Positions 16,467-25,700 of a stretch of DNA of 34,792 nt are shown here, one piece after another. Under the pieces are notes generated by a model, which was given only the letters and a program-made list of their open reading frames with translations, was not told the origin of the DNA and made no database searches. The DNA comes from Gemmatimonadota bacterium (GTDB lineage Bacteria > Gemmatimonadota > Gemmatimonadetes > Palauibacterales > KS3-K002), in the NCBI GenBank assembly GCA_039588075.1, contig JBDHAL010000048.1:1-34792 (forward strand), given 5' to 3'. A program made the position numbers and the translations under genes. Numbering within the stretch: the stretch's first letter is position 1; every line of letters begins with the position of its first letter.

Positions 16467-17738
16467 GTGGATGCGGACACTGGACTAGTACTTGGAATGG
16501 TGGGGCTGGGCGTGCTGATGGGGCTTATCTATACGGTCAAGTCGCTCATCGTCATCTGCCAGCCCAACGAGATGGTAGTGATCACGGGCCGCAAGCGGCT
16601 CACCGCCGACGGGCGCCGGGCGGGCTACCGGCTGCTGCACGGCGGCCGTACGCTGCGGGTGCCCATCGTCGAGCGTGTCGCGAGACTCGATCTGACGACC
16701 CTCCCCATCGAGGTCGTGGTCAAGAACGCGTATTCAAAGGGCGGCATCCCGCTCCAGGTGCACGGCATCGCCAACGTGAAGGTCAGCGCCCGTGACCCCG
16801 TGGCCCACAACGCCGTCGAGCGCATGCTCGACAAGCCGTTCGACGAGATCATGCAGATCGCCAAGGACACGCTCGAGGGTAACCTGCGTGGCGTGCTGGC
16901 GACGATGACGCCGGAGGAAGTGAACGAGGACCGGCTGAAGTTCGCCCACACTTTGATCGAAGAGGCGGACGAGGACATGAAGAAGCTGGGCCTCGAGCTC
17001 GATACGATGAAGATCCAGAACGTCATCGACGAGGTGAACTACCTGGATTCCATCGGGCGCCAGCGGACCGCCGAGATCCTCAAGAAGGCGCGGGTCGCCG
17101 AGGCCGAGCGCAGCTCGGAGGCGCAGCAGACCGAGGCCGCGGCGCGCCAGGCGGCGGAGATCGCCAAGATCGAGGCCGACAAGGCGATCGTCGAGAAGAA
17201 CAACGAGCTGCGCGTGCGAACGGCGGAGCTCGAGGCCGAAGCCCTCGCCAGGGAGCTTGAGGCGCCGGTCGCCGGTGAGAAGGCAAAGGCCATCGCCGAG
17301 CAGACTCTGCAGCAGGAGCGCATCACCCTGGAGCAGAAGCGCCTCGAGGCCGACGTCCTGTTGCCGGCCCGCGCCGAGCGCGAAGCGGCCGAACAGCTGG
17401 CCAAGGGCACGGCGGCGACGATCGTCGAGGACGGTCGCGCACGGCTGTTCGTCCTCGAAGAGACGATCAAGCTGTATCTGAACGCGGGCAGCGACGCGGA
17501 ACGGATCTTCATCCTGAACATGCTGCCCGACATCATCCACGACCTGACGAAGACGGTGGAAGGAATCGACATCGACAAGCTAACGGTGATCGACTCGGGC
17601 GACGCCGGCAGCGGCGTGGCGAATACGGCAACCCAGTTGCCGGCGGCGGTCATCAAGTTGACCGAGCAGATCGAGTCGGCGACCGGCGTGAATATCCTGA
17701 GTCGGCTTGGGTCGGGGAATGTTGAAGAGGAGAAGTAG
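16467..17738 (+). CDS. floT: Flotillin-like SPFH/Band-7 domain protein (FloT/YuaG-like) with an EA-rich coiled coil
   Basis: N-terminal transmembrane segment LVLGMVGLGVLMGLIYTV. SPFH core MVVITGRKR...LRVPIVERVARLDLTTLPIEVVVKNAYSKGGIPLQVHGIANVKV. Long Ala/Glu coiled coil (AEAERSSEAQQTEAAARQAAEIAKIEADKA...). GTG 16467 follows a GAGGAT motif; ATG 16425, which overlaps the NfeD gene, is an alternative start. Confidence 0.85.
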   Translation: MDADTGLVLGMVGLGVLMGLIYTVKSLIVICQPNEMVVITGRKRLTADGRRAGYRLLHGGRTLRVPIVERVARLDLTTLPIEVVVKNAYSKGGIPLQVHGIANVKVSARDPVAHNAVERMLDKPFDEIMQIAKDTLEGNLRGVLATMTPEEVNEDRLKFAHTLIEEADEDMKKLGLELDTMKIQNVIDEVNYLDSIGRQRTAEILKKARVAEAERSSEAQQTEAAARQAAEIAKIEADKAIVEKNNELRVRTAELEAEALARELEAPVAGEKAKAIAEQTLQQERITLEQKRLEADVLLPARAEREAAEQLAKGTAATIVEDGRARLFVLEETIKLYLNAGSDAERIFILNMLPDIIHDLTKTVEGIDIDKLTVIDSGDAGSGVANTATQLPAAVIKLTEQIESATGVNILSRLGSGNVEEEK

Positions 17739-17750
17739 GAAGGACTAGTT

Positions 17751-17919
17751 GGACATCGGTCAGCGGTCAGCCGTCGCTCGACGCCCAACGAAAGAGGCGG
17801 CTGTCAACGCCCGACTTCCGATTGTCCGACGTCCGATTTCCCCGGACGTTGGGTGTCGGGAGTCGATAGTCGCCTCTTTCGTTAAGCATCGAGCGACGGC
17901 TGACCGCTGACCGATGTCC
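17751..17919. repeat. Palindromic MITE-like element, copy C, about 169 bp
   Basis: ggacatcggtcagcggtcagccgtcgctcgacgcccaacgaaagaggcggctgtcaacgcccgac...gtcgatagtcgcctctttcgttaagcatcgagcgacggctgaccgctgaccgatgtcc. The 20-bp terminal inverted repeats are perfect. Confidence 0.85.
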
Positions 17920-17922
17920 TAT

Positions 17923-18789
17923 TCAAGATTTTTCAACCGTTCCATCGCGTGCCACACTCCCGCCGCCCGGAAAATCCAGCCGCGTCAGCGAATCCACCAA
18001 AACCGCTCCCCGGCCCGACGGATCATGATTCACCAGGCCCGGAGGCACCTGGAAAGTGGACCGAAGCACCGCCTCCGAGACTCGCCCCACTTCATCAATC
18101 GAAGCGCAGGCAACCGCTCCTATATCTAGCGGCGACCTCATGTTGAATGGTCCGTAAGTGAGCAGGTTGCCCAGTGAGTAGAAGCTGAGCGCGTCGCCGC
18201 GCCATTGCAGCGCCCGCAAGACGTGTGGTCCGTGGCCGATGACCAGGGCGGCGCCCGACTGCATGGCGGCCCGGGCGAAGGCCACCGAGTTTCCACGGTC
18301 TTCTCCCAGGAACATCTCGGTGCGATCCGGCGTCCGCTGGGCGCCGCGTCCTTCCGCACCCATGTGCATGGTGACGACGACGCGCCGGTAGCTCGCGAAG
18401 GCACGCGCCACGTGCCGGCGCACGGCGGCAAGGTCCCGCGGATCCGCTCCCGCCCGGAACGTGCTGAATCCCAAGAACGCGATCGTGTCGCCCCTCGAGG
18501 TGACGGCCAGCGTTGCCAGCGTGTCCGCGCCTGTCACGCTGATGCCCGCCTGCCTGAGGTTTTGGATCGTGGAATAAAAGCCGTCCAGCCCGGCGTCCAT
18601 GGCGTGGTTGTTCGCCACGTTGCCGACGACCGCCGCATCACCGGCGAAGCGACCCAGCGCCGCCGCCGTCCATCCGGGCTGGCGGAACGCGTAGCAGCTC
18701 GTCGAGCCCGGCCGGCATTTGTTGAAGTTTAGCGGCCCGTCTCCGATGGCGCCCTCCACGTTCAGCAGCACCACGTCGGCGTCGGCCAC
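17923..18789 (-). CDS. CapA/PGA_cap-family (metallophosphatase-like, poly-gamma-glutamate-capsule-type) protein; the N-terminal GD...ML metal motif is apparently missing or frameshifted
   Basis: ADVVLLNVEGAI, GNVANNHAMDAG, AFLGFSTF, VVVTMHMGAEG, LVIGHGPHVLRALQWRGDALSFYSLGNLL are all CapA signatures. The ORF starts at a GTG three codons after a TAG. A lipoprotein signal and Pro-rich linker (RLIIPPLCVLLVAC|PRPVPPGPPPEEPGPAP...) lie upstream in a different frame. Confidence 0.65.
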   Translation of the reverse strand: MADADVVLLNVEGAIGDGPLNFNKCRPGSTSCYAFRQPGWTAAALGRFAGDAAVVGNVANNHAMDAGLDGFYSTIQNLRQAGISVTGADTLATLAVTSRGDTIAFLGFSTFRAGADPRDLAAVRRHVARAFASYRRVVVTMHMGAEGRGAQRTPDRTEMFLGEDRGNSVAFARAAMQSGAALVIGHGPHVLRALQWRGDALSFYSLGNLLTYGPFNMRSPLDIGAVACASIDEVGRVSEAVLRSTFQVPPGLVNHDPSGRGAVLVDSLTRLDFPGGGSVARDGTVEKS

Positions 18790-19056
18790 CAGCGGGCTCA
18801 GCGGCGCCTACAACGAATCCGGGTCGGGGAAAGGCGGAACACGAAAGCCGAGCCGCGCCGTGGCTCGCCCCCGCCGGCGCAGATGCGCACGCTACGGGAA
18901 ACATCCGCCGGCTCGGTCTCCGCAGGCGCCTCCGGCTCCGGCTCGACGGGCACGGCGGGCTGGACCGGCGCGGGACCTGGTTCTTCGGGCGGCGGACCTG
19001 GAGGCACCGGGCGCGGGCAGGCAACCAGAAGAACGCACAAGGGGGGAATGATGAGC

Positions 19057-19226
19057 CGGACAGCCGACAGCCGACAGCCGTTGATCGACGCATCAACGAA
19101 AGAGGCGACTATCGACGCCCGACTACCGAGCCCCAACGCCCGTCGGACGTAGGAAGTCGGAAGTCGGAAGTCGATAGTCGCCTCTTTCGTTAAGAGTCGG
19201 TTGTCGGCTGTCGGCTGTCGGCTGTC
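19057..19226. repeat. Palindromic MITE-like element, copy D, about 170 bp, with (GACAGCC)3 terminal repeats
   Basis: ggacagccgacagccgacagccgttgatcgacgcatcaacgaaagaggcgactatcgacgcccgac...gtcgatagtcgcctctttcgttaagagtcggttgtcggctgtcggctgtcggctgtcc. Its core is shared with copy C. Confidence 0.85.
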
Positions 19227-19253
19227 CGTCTAAAAACTTCCCAGGTTAGAAGT

Positions 19254-20754
19254 TCATCCTTCAACCTTAGGAAAAAGCACCAACTGCTTGTCCACGCGAA
19301 GCTCCGCCACTTCAAGAGCTGAATAGTCGGCCAACGGCGCGACCTCGTCCTCGCGGCCGACCGCCTGCCATAACTCGCGGCTCTTGCCCGGCATGAACGG
19401 GCTGAGCAGCACGGCCAGCCGTGCCAGGGTCCGGGCCAGGCTGGCGAGCACATCGTCCAGTTCGGCGCTCTTCGAGTCGTCCTTGGCCAGCTTCCACGGC
19501 GCGCGCTCCTCGATGAACACGTTGGCTGCTCCGGCCAAAGCCAGCGCCGCGGCGATGCCTTTGTGCAGCAGGAAGCCGTCCATCGCTTCGCGATAGACGT
19601 CCAGCGCCTCGATCGCGCGCCGATCCAGCTCGGTCGTGCCGCCGCTCGGGACCTCAGCGCCGCGGTACTTGTTGATCATGGCCAGGGCGCGGTTCGCCAG
19701 GTTACCCAGGTCGTTGGCCAGTTCGGCGTTGTAGATGTCATCGAAGCGCTGCCACGTGAAGTCGGCATCGCCGTCCCAGGGCACCTCGCGCAGCAGGTAG
19801 TAGCGCAGCGGATCGGGCCCATAGCGCTCGATAGCGCTCTGTAGGGTCACCGGCGCGCCGGCCGATTTGGATAGCTTGCGGCCGCCCCAGTGAATGTAGC
19901 CGTGCGCCCAGACGGTCCTCGGCAGCTCGATCCCGGCGGCCATCAGCATCGCCGGCCAGATGATGCAGTGATGCCGCGTGATTCCCTTGCCAATCACGTG
20001 GAGCTGGGCGGGCCACCACTCGTCATAGCCGTCGTCGGGAAAGCCGGTTGCCGACAGGTAGTTGATCAGCGCGTCGTACCAGACGTACACGGCATGCCGC
20101 TCGTCGCCGGGGAAGGGAATCCCCCACTCGCGCTGCGGCCTCGAGACCGAGACGTCCTGCAGTCCTTCCTCCAGCACGTTGCGGATCTCGTTGCGGCGGA
20201 TTTCCGGCTCGATGAACTCCGGACGCTCCTCCAGCAGCTTCAGCAGCGGTTCCCGGAACGCCGAGAGCTTGAAGAAGTAATTGTCTTCCTTGGTCCAGGT
20301 GATCTCGCGATCCGGATGCTCCGGGCAGCGGACGTCGACCAGGTCCTTCTCCTGCTTGAAGCTCTCGCAACGTTCGCAGTAATAACCCTCGTACGTTCCC
20401 TCGAAGATGTAGCCCGCCTGCTTGGTGCGCTCGACCATCTCCAACACGGCCCGCGCGTGCCGCGGCTCCGTCGTGCGGATGAAGTCGTCGTGGCTGATCT
20501 CCAACCGCTCCCACGCCTCCGAGAAGAGGTCGGCCATCCTGTCGACCCAGGCCTGAGGGGTGAGCTCCGCCTCGGCCGCCGGCTGCAGGATCGTCTGCGA
20601 GTGCTCGTCCATTCCGATGACGAACTTCACCTCGTCACCGCGGAGCCGCCGGTAGCGGGCTATGACGTCGGCGCCGATCTTCTCGAACGCGTGACCCAGG
20701 TGCGGGTCACCGTTGGAATAGTCTATCGCTGTTGTGATGTAGTATCTGGACAAG
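19254..20754 (-). CDS. metG: Methionyl-tRNA synthetase, short form without the C-terminal tRNA-binding domain
   Basis: YYITTAIDYSNGDPHLGHAFE (HIGH motif) and GGRKLSKSAG (KMSKS motif). Start assigned to the TTG that encodes MSRYYITT at 20754; the track's longer N-extension would overlap ricT and is rejected. Confidence 0.9.
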
Positions 20755-20764
20755 GCCGTGGACC

Positions 20765-21721
20765 CTAGCGCTTGCGCGAGCTCCGGCGCGTCTCGGCCGT
20801 CTCGCGCTTCAACTCCTCCAGCGCGAGCGTTCTGAACTCGCCTGTCGGACTCTTCAACGTTACGCGGTTGGCGAACAGGTTGATCGCAACCACCGTTTCG
20901 TCGCCCACCGATGTAGTGACCTGGCGACCTTCCTTCGGGAAGCGCTTGCGCGCCTGCACGTAGAAGTCGTGCTCGAAACGCAGCGAGCACATCAGCCTGC
21001 CGCAGGCGCCGGAGATCTGTGACGGGTTGAGCGACAGGTTCTGGTCTTTCGCGAGCTGTAGCGTGACCGGCTTCAATTCCGGCAGCCAATTGGACGAGCA
21101 CAGCTCGCGACCGCAGCGCCCAACGCCGTCCAGCCGCTTCGCCTCATCGCGCACGCCGATCTGTTTTAGCTCGATCCGCGTACGGTATTTCTTGGCCAGG
21201 CTGCGGACCAGGACCCGGAAATCGACTCGCCTGTCCGCTGTGAAATAGATGATCAGCTTGTTGCGGTCCCACTGCCACTCGGCATCGCTGATCTTCATCT
21301 TCAGCTTGTGTTCCGCGACCATGCGGCGCACATCGCGGCGGATTTCGCCCTCTTCCCCCCGCAGGGTCCGGGCGCGCTCGACGTCGACGGGCGCGGCGCG
21401 GCGCAGCACGCGCTGGCCGGGCAGGGCGTTGGCCTCGCAGCCGTTGCAGGAGGCGCACTTGCGCCTGGCCAGGTCGCCGATGGCGCTGACCGTACCGAGG
21501 TCCTGGCCGCGATCGGCCTCCACCACGACGAACTCGAGCTGCCGTATCGGCGGCGTCACATGCGCGGCGAAGAACTCGTGCCGCTTGCCCTTGAAAAGAA
21601 CCTCGATCAGCTGCGGGGCAGGGCCCTTGCTGATGATCCCGTGCGGTGCGGCAGCGGGTGCTTCCGCTTCCGTGCCGTCCGCCGGCTGGACGTCGGCGCT
21701 CGGGTCGGCCCGGTCAATCAC
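20765..21721 (-). CDS. ricT: PSP1 C-terminal-domain protein (RicT/YaaT family)
   Basis: KLKMKISDAEWQWDRNKLIIYFTADRRVDFRVLVRSLAKKYRTRIELKQIGVRDEAKRLDGVGRCGRELCSSNWL is the PSP1 core. GTG start at 21721, overlapping the accA stop by 8 nt. Confidence 0.85.
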   Translation of the reverse strand: MIDRADPSADVQPADGTEAEAPAAAPHGIISKGPAPQLIEVLFKGKRHEFFAAHVTPPIRQLEFVVVEADRGQDLGTVSAIGDLARRKCASCNGCEANALPGQRVLRRAAPVDVERARTLRGEEGEIRRDVRRMVAEHKLKMKISDAEWQWDRNKLIIYFTADRRVDFRVLVRSLAKKYRTRIELKQIGVRDEAKRLDGVGRCGRELCSSNWLPELKPVTLQLAKDQNLSLNPSQISGACGRLMCSLRFEHDFYVQARKRFPKEGRQVTTSVGDETVVAINLFANRVTLKSPTGEFRTLALEELKRETAETRRSSRKR

Positions 21722-22676
21722 CAGCCCATTCTCCCATCGCGCGATACTTCGCGTAACGCCCCTCGAGCAGCTCTTCCACCGACCGGCTCGCCAGCTCGTC
21801 CAGGTTCTGCTCGAGCGCCGCCTTCAGAATCCGGGCGGTCCCATCCCAGTCGTCGTGGGCGCCGCCCTCCGGCTCGCCGATCACCTGGTCGATCACGCCC
21901 AGGCGGTGCAGGTCGGGCGCTGTGAGCTTGAGCGCCGCCGCGGCCTTCGAACGCGCCTCTTCCGTGTTTTCCTTCCAGAGAATCGAAGCGCATCCTTCCG
22001 GTGAGATGACCGAATAGATCGCGTACTCGAGCATGATGATGCGGTCGGCCACGCTCAGACCGAGCGCGCCGCCGCTTCCACCCTCGCCGGTGACCGCGGC
22101 GATGATCGGCGTCTCGATCAGAGACATCTCCAGCAGGTTGCGGGCGATGGCTTCCGCCTGGCCGCGCTCTTCCGCCCCGATTCCCGGGTACGCCGCCGGC
22201 GTGTCGATGATCGTGATCACCGGCCGCTTGAACTTCTCCGCCAGCCGCATCAAACGCAGCGCTTTCCGGTATCCCTCCGGATGCATCATGGCGAAGTTGC
22301 GCTTCAAGTTCTCTTTCGTGTTGCGGCCCTTCTGCTGGCCGATCACCATGACCGAACGCTCGCCGATTCCGCCCCAACCGCAGACCACCGCCGGGTCGTC
22401 TCGGAACGCGCGGTCCCCGTGCAGTTCTATGAAGTCCGTGAAGACGCGCTCGATGAGATCGAGGGCGTGCGGGCGCTGTGGATGACGCGCGATCTGCACC
22501 CGCTCCATCGCTGAGAGCGACTTGAAGGTTTCGGCACGCAGCTCTTCCAGCCGCGCCTCCAGCTTCTTGAGCTCAGCCTCCACGTTGAGCCCCCTTTCGC
22601 CGGCCAGCTCTTTCAGGTGCCCGATCTGGGCTACCACGTCCTCGATCGAGCGCTCGAATTCCTGATGAGTCGCCAT
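21714..22676 (-). CDS. accA: Acetyl-CoA carboxylase carboxyltransferase alpha subunit
   Basis: LDLIERVFTDFIELHGDRAFRDDPAVVCGWGGIGERSVMVIGQQKG...RKALRLMRLAEKFKRPVITIIDTPAAYPGIGAEERGQAEAIARNL are canonical AccA sequences. Confidence 0.92.
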   Translation of the reverse strand: MATHQEFERSIEDVVAQIGHLKELAGERGLNVEAELKKLEARLEELRAETFKSLSAMERVQIARHPQRPHALDLIERVFTDFIELHGDRAFRDDPAVVCGWGGIGERSVMVIGQQKGRNTKENLKRNFAMMHPEGYRKALRLMRLAEKFKRPVITIIDTPAAYPGIGAEERGQAEAIARNLLEMSLIETPIIAAVTGEGGSGGALGLSVADRIIMLEYAIYSVISPEGCASILWKENTEEARSKAAAALKLTAPDLHRLGVIDQVIGEPEGGAHDDWDGTARILKAALEQNLDELASRSVEELLEGRYAKYRAMGEWAGD

Positions 22677-22771
22677 AAGTCGCCGTTTGCAGCCTGTCTA
22701 CGCACAATGACCTGCGGAACTGGATAAGATAGCAAAAAGGGCCGGAATAAACAGGATGTGGCGATCCGGGG

Positions 22772-25700
22772 CTAGCCACGCACCTCGACCAGCCGGACCT
22801 TCTCTTGGCCCAGCACCGTGCGTAGCTCGGCCAGAACGTCGGGGACGGGCGCGATGCGCAGCGCCCGCGAGCGCAGTCGCGACGGTTCCGCGCCGCCGTT
22901 CCGCAGCATTACGTGGAGCGCCGCCGGCCCGGGGTGCGACCGGGCGATCTGGATGGCCTGTTCGAGCCGGTCGCCGCTCAGCTCGTCGGAGGCGTCGAGC
23001 TCGAGGCACACGGCGACCCGGCCGCTGCCGTACACTTCTCCCAGCGGAACCATGTCGTCGAGAAAGAGCGGCGGGTCCGAGTCGTCCCGCTCCCGGCCGG
23101 AGACGCTGCCGCGCAGCAGCACCGGCACTCCCGGCTCCAGGTCGCGGTGCTTGGCCCAGACGTCGCGGAAGGCGAGAGCGGTGGCCGTGCCTTGATAATC
23201 TTCGAAAACCAGGCGGCCCCACTCCGACCCATCCTTTCTCGATATGCGACGGTTGATCTCCGTCACGACGCAGGCGATCTCCACCTTCTGGTCGCGACGC
23301 TCCGCCAGGCTGCGCGTGTTGGCTCGGCCGGCATACAGATCGACCAGGTCCCGGTGCTCGTCCAGCGGGTGGCCCGAGACGAAGAAGCCCACCAACTCTT
23401 TCTCCCGGGCCAGCTTCTCCTCTTCCGTCCACTCCGCGACCTGCGGCAGCGGCGGCTCCGACGGGCCCTCCTGCGTCTCGTCGCCGCCGAACAGGCTCTG
23501 CTGGCCGGACTCGCGCTCGCGTTGGCGCAGCTGCGCCTCGCGCAGCGTCGTCTCGACGCCTTCCGCCAGCGCCGCCCGCGCTCCGAACCCGTCGATCGCG
23601 CCGGCGCCGATCAACGCTTCGATGACCCGCTTGTTATTGAGTCGCAGGTCGATACGGCTGCAGAAGTCGAACAGCGACGTGAAGGGCCCATCCTGCTTGC
23701 GCGCCGAGATGATCGAATCGATCGCGGATCGACCCACGCCACGGATCGCGCCGAGTCCGAAGCGGATGCTGCTGTCGCTCACCACGGTGAACTTGTAGCC
23801 CGACTCGTTCACGTGCGGCGCCAGCACCTCCAGTTCCAGGTGACGCGACTCGTTGATGTAGCCCACCACGTTGTCCGTGTTGCCGATCTCCGAGGTGAGC
23901 AGCGCCGCCATGAACTCGGCCGGGTAGTGCCGCTTCAGCCACGCCGTGCGGTAGGAAAGCACCGCGTAAGCTGCGGCATGCGCTTTGTTGAAGCCGTAAC
24001 GGCCGAACGTCTCCAGCAGCGACGCGATGTGCTCCGCGTCCCGCTTACGCACGCCCCGCTCCTGAGATCGCTCTATGAAACGATCCATCTCCTGGCGGAT
24101 CAGCACCGGGTCCTTCTTGCCGACGGCCTTCCGGAGTACATCGGCTTCGGCGAGACTGAACCCGGCCATCACGTTGGCGGCGCGCATCACCTGCTCCTGG
24201 TAGGTGATCACGCCGTAGGTCGCCTCGAGCACCTCCGCCAGCGTCTCGTGCGGATAGCTGACCGCTTCGCGGCCGCGCTTCCGCTTGATGTAGACGTCGG
24301 TCATCCCCGAGTCGAGTGGGCCGGGCCGGATGAGCGCGTTGACGGCGATCAGGTCGTCGAACCGGTCGCAACGCATGGCGCGCAGCTTCTCCGTGGCGAG
24401 CGACGACTCGAACTGGAACACGCCGGACGTGGCGCCGCCGGCCAACATCTCGTACACCTTCTCGTCGTCGAAGCCTATCTCGTCCCAGTCGATCTCGACC
24501 CCGTGCCGCTCCTTTATCATCTCCGCCGCGTCGCTGATCACCGTGAGCGTCCTCAGGCCGAGGAAGTCGAACTTCAGCATCCCCGCCTTCTCGAGGCTCA
24601 CCATGTCGTACTGGGTGATCACCATCTCGCCGTTTTCCGACTCCGCACCCGACCCGCGGGTCGTGGCGGTCATGACCGGCACATAGTCGGCCAGCGGGCC
24701 GGGCGCGATGACGACTCCGGCCGCGTGTACCGACGTGTGCCGCGACAGGCCTTCCAGCGTCGAGGCGTAGTCCAGCAGTTCCTTGTAGCGCGGCTCTTCC
24801 TTGTAAAGAGTCCCGAGCTCCTCGACGCGCTTCACAGCCTCCTCCACGCTAAGCGAGTAGCCGGGCGCGTTGGGGATCAGCTTGGCGACCTTGTCGGTCT
24901 CCGCCGGCGTGAAGCCCAACGTGCGACCGACGTCGCGGATCACGGCCCGCGACTGCATCGTCCCGAAGGTGACGATCTGGCCGACCGAGTCGGAGCCGTA
25001 TTTGCTCCGCACGTAGTCGATCACCTCGGCGCGCCGCTCGTAGCAGAAGTCGACGTCGATGTCCGGCATCGAGATGCGGTCGGGGTTGAGGAACCGCTCG
25101 AACAGCAGCCCGAAGCGCAGCGGGTCGATGTCAGTGATGCGAAGCGCGTAAGCGACCAGCGAACCGGCGGCGGAGCCGCGGCCGGGGCCCACCGGCACGC
25201 CGGCCTCTCTGGCGGCCCTGATGAAGTCCCAGACGATGAGGAAGTAGCCGCTGTAGCCGCAGCGGGTGATCACGTCCAGCTCGTAGTCGAGTCGCTCGCG
25301 CACGGCCTCGGGCAGGGGATCGCCGTAGCGCTCGACGGCGCCCCGCTCGGACAGCTCGCGCAGCAGTTGGTCCTCGGACCCGGAGCCCTCGGGACGCGGG
25401 AACTCTGGCAGGTAGACTTTGTCCTCGAACTCGACGTTGCAGCGTTCGGCGACCTGCATCGTGTTCGCCAGGACCTCGGGCCGGTCGCCGAACATGACCT
25501 GCATCTCCTCCAGCGACTTGAAGTAGCTCTCCTGGCCGTGGAAGCGCAGCCGTCTCGGGTCGTCCCGGTCTTTGCCGGTGCCGATGCACAGCAGGATGTC
25601 GTGGGCGTCGGCGTCCTCGCGGCGCAGGTAGTGGGCATCGTTGGTGGCCAGCACCGGCAGCCCCAGCTCCTCGGCGATTTGATACACGCCCTGCCGCACC

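Noticed and set aside
5089-19226. Possibility that the four repeat copies form a CRISPR array
   Set aside because: The copies are 3-10 kb apart, are themselves ~170-bp palindromes, and are not interleaved with regular short spacers. No cas genes are present in the window.
20755-21101. N-terminal extension on the metG ORF
   Set aside because: It overlaps the ricT coding sequence. MetRS conserved sequence begins at (M)SRYYITT, so the TTG at 20754 is chosen as the start.
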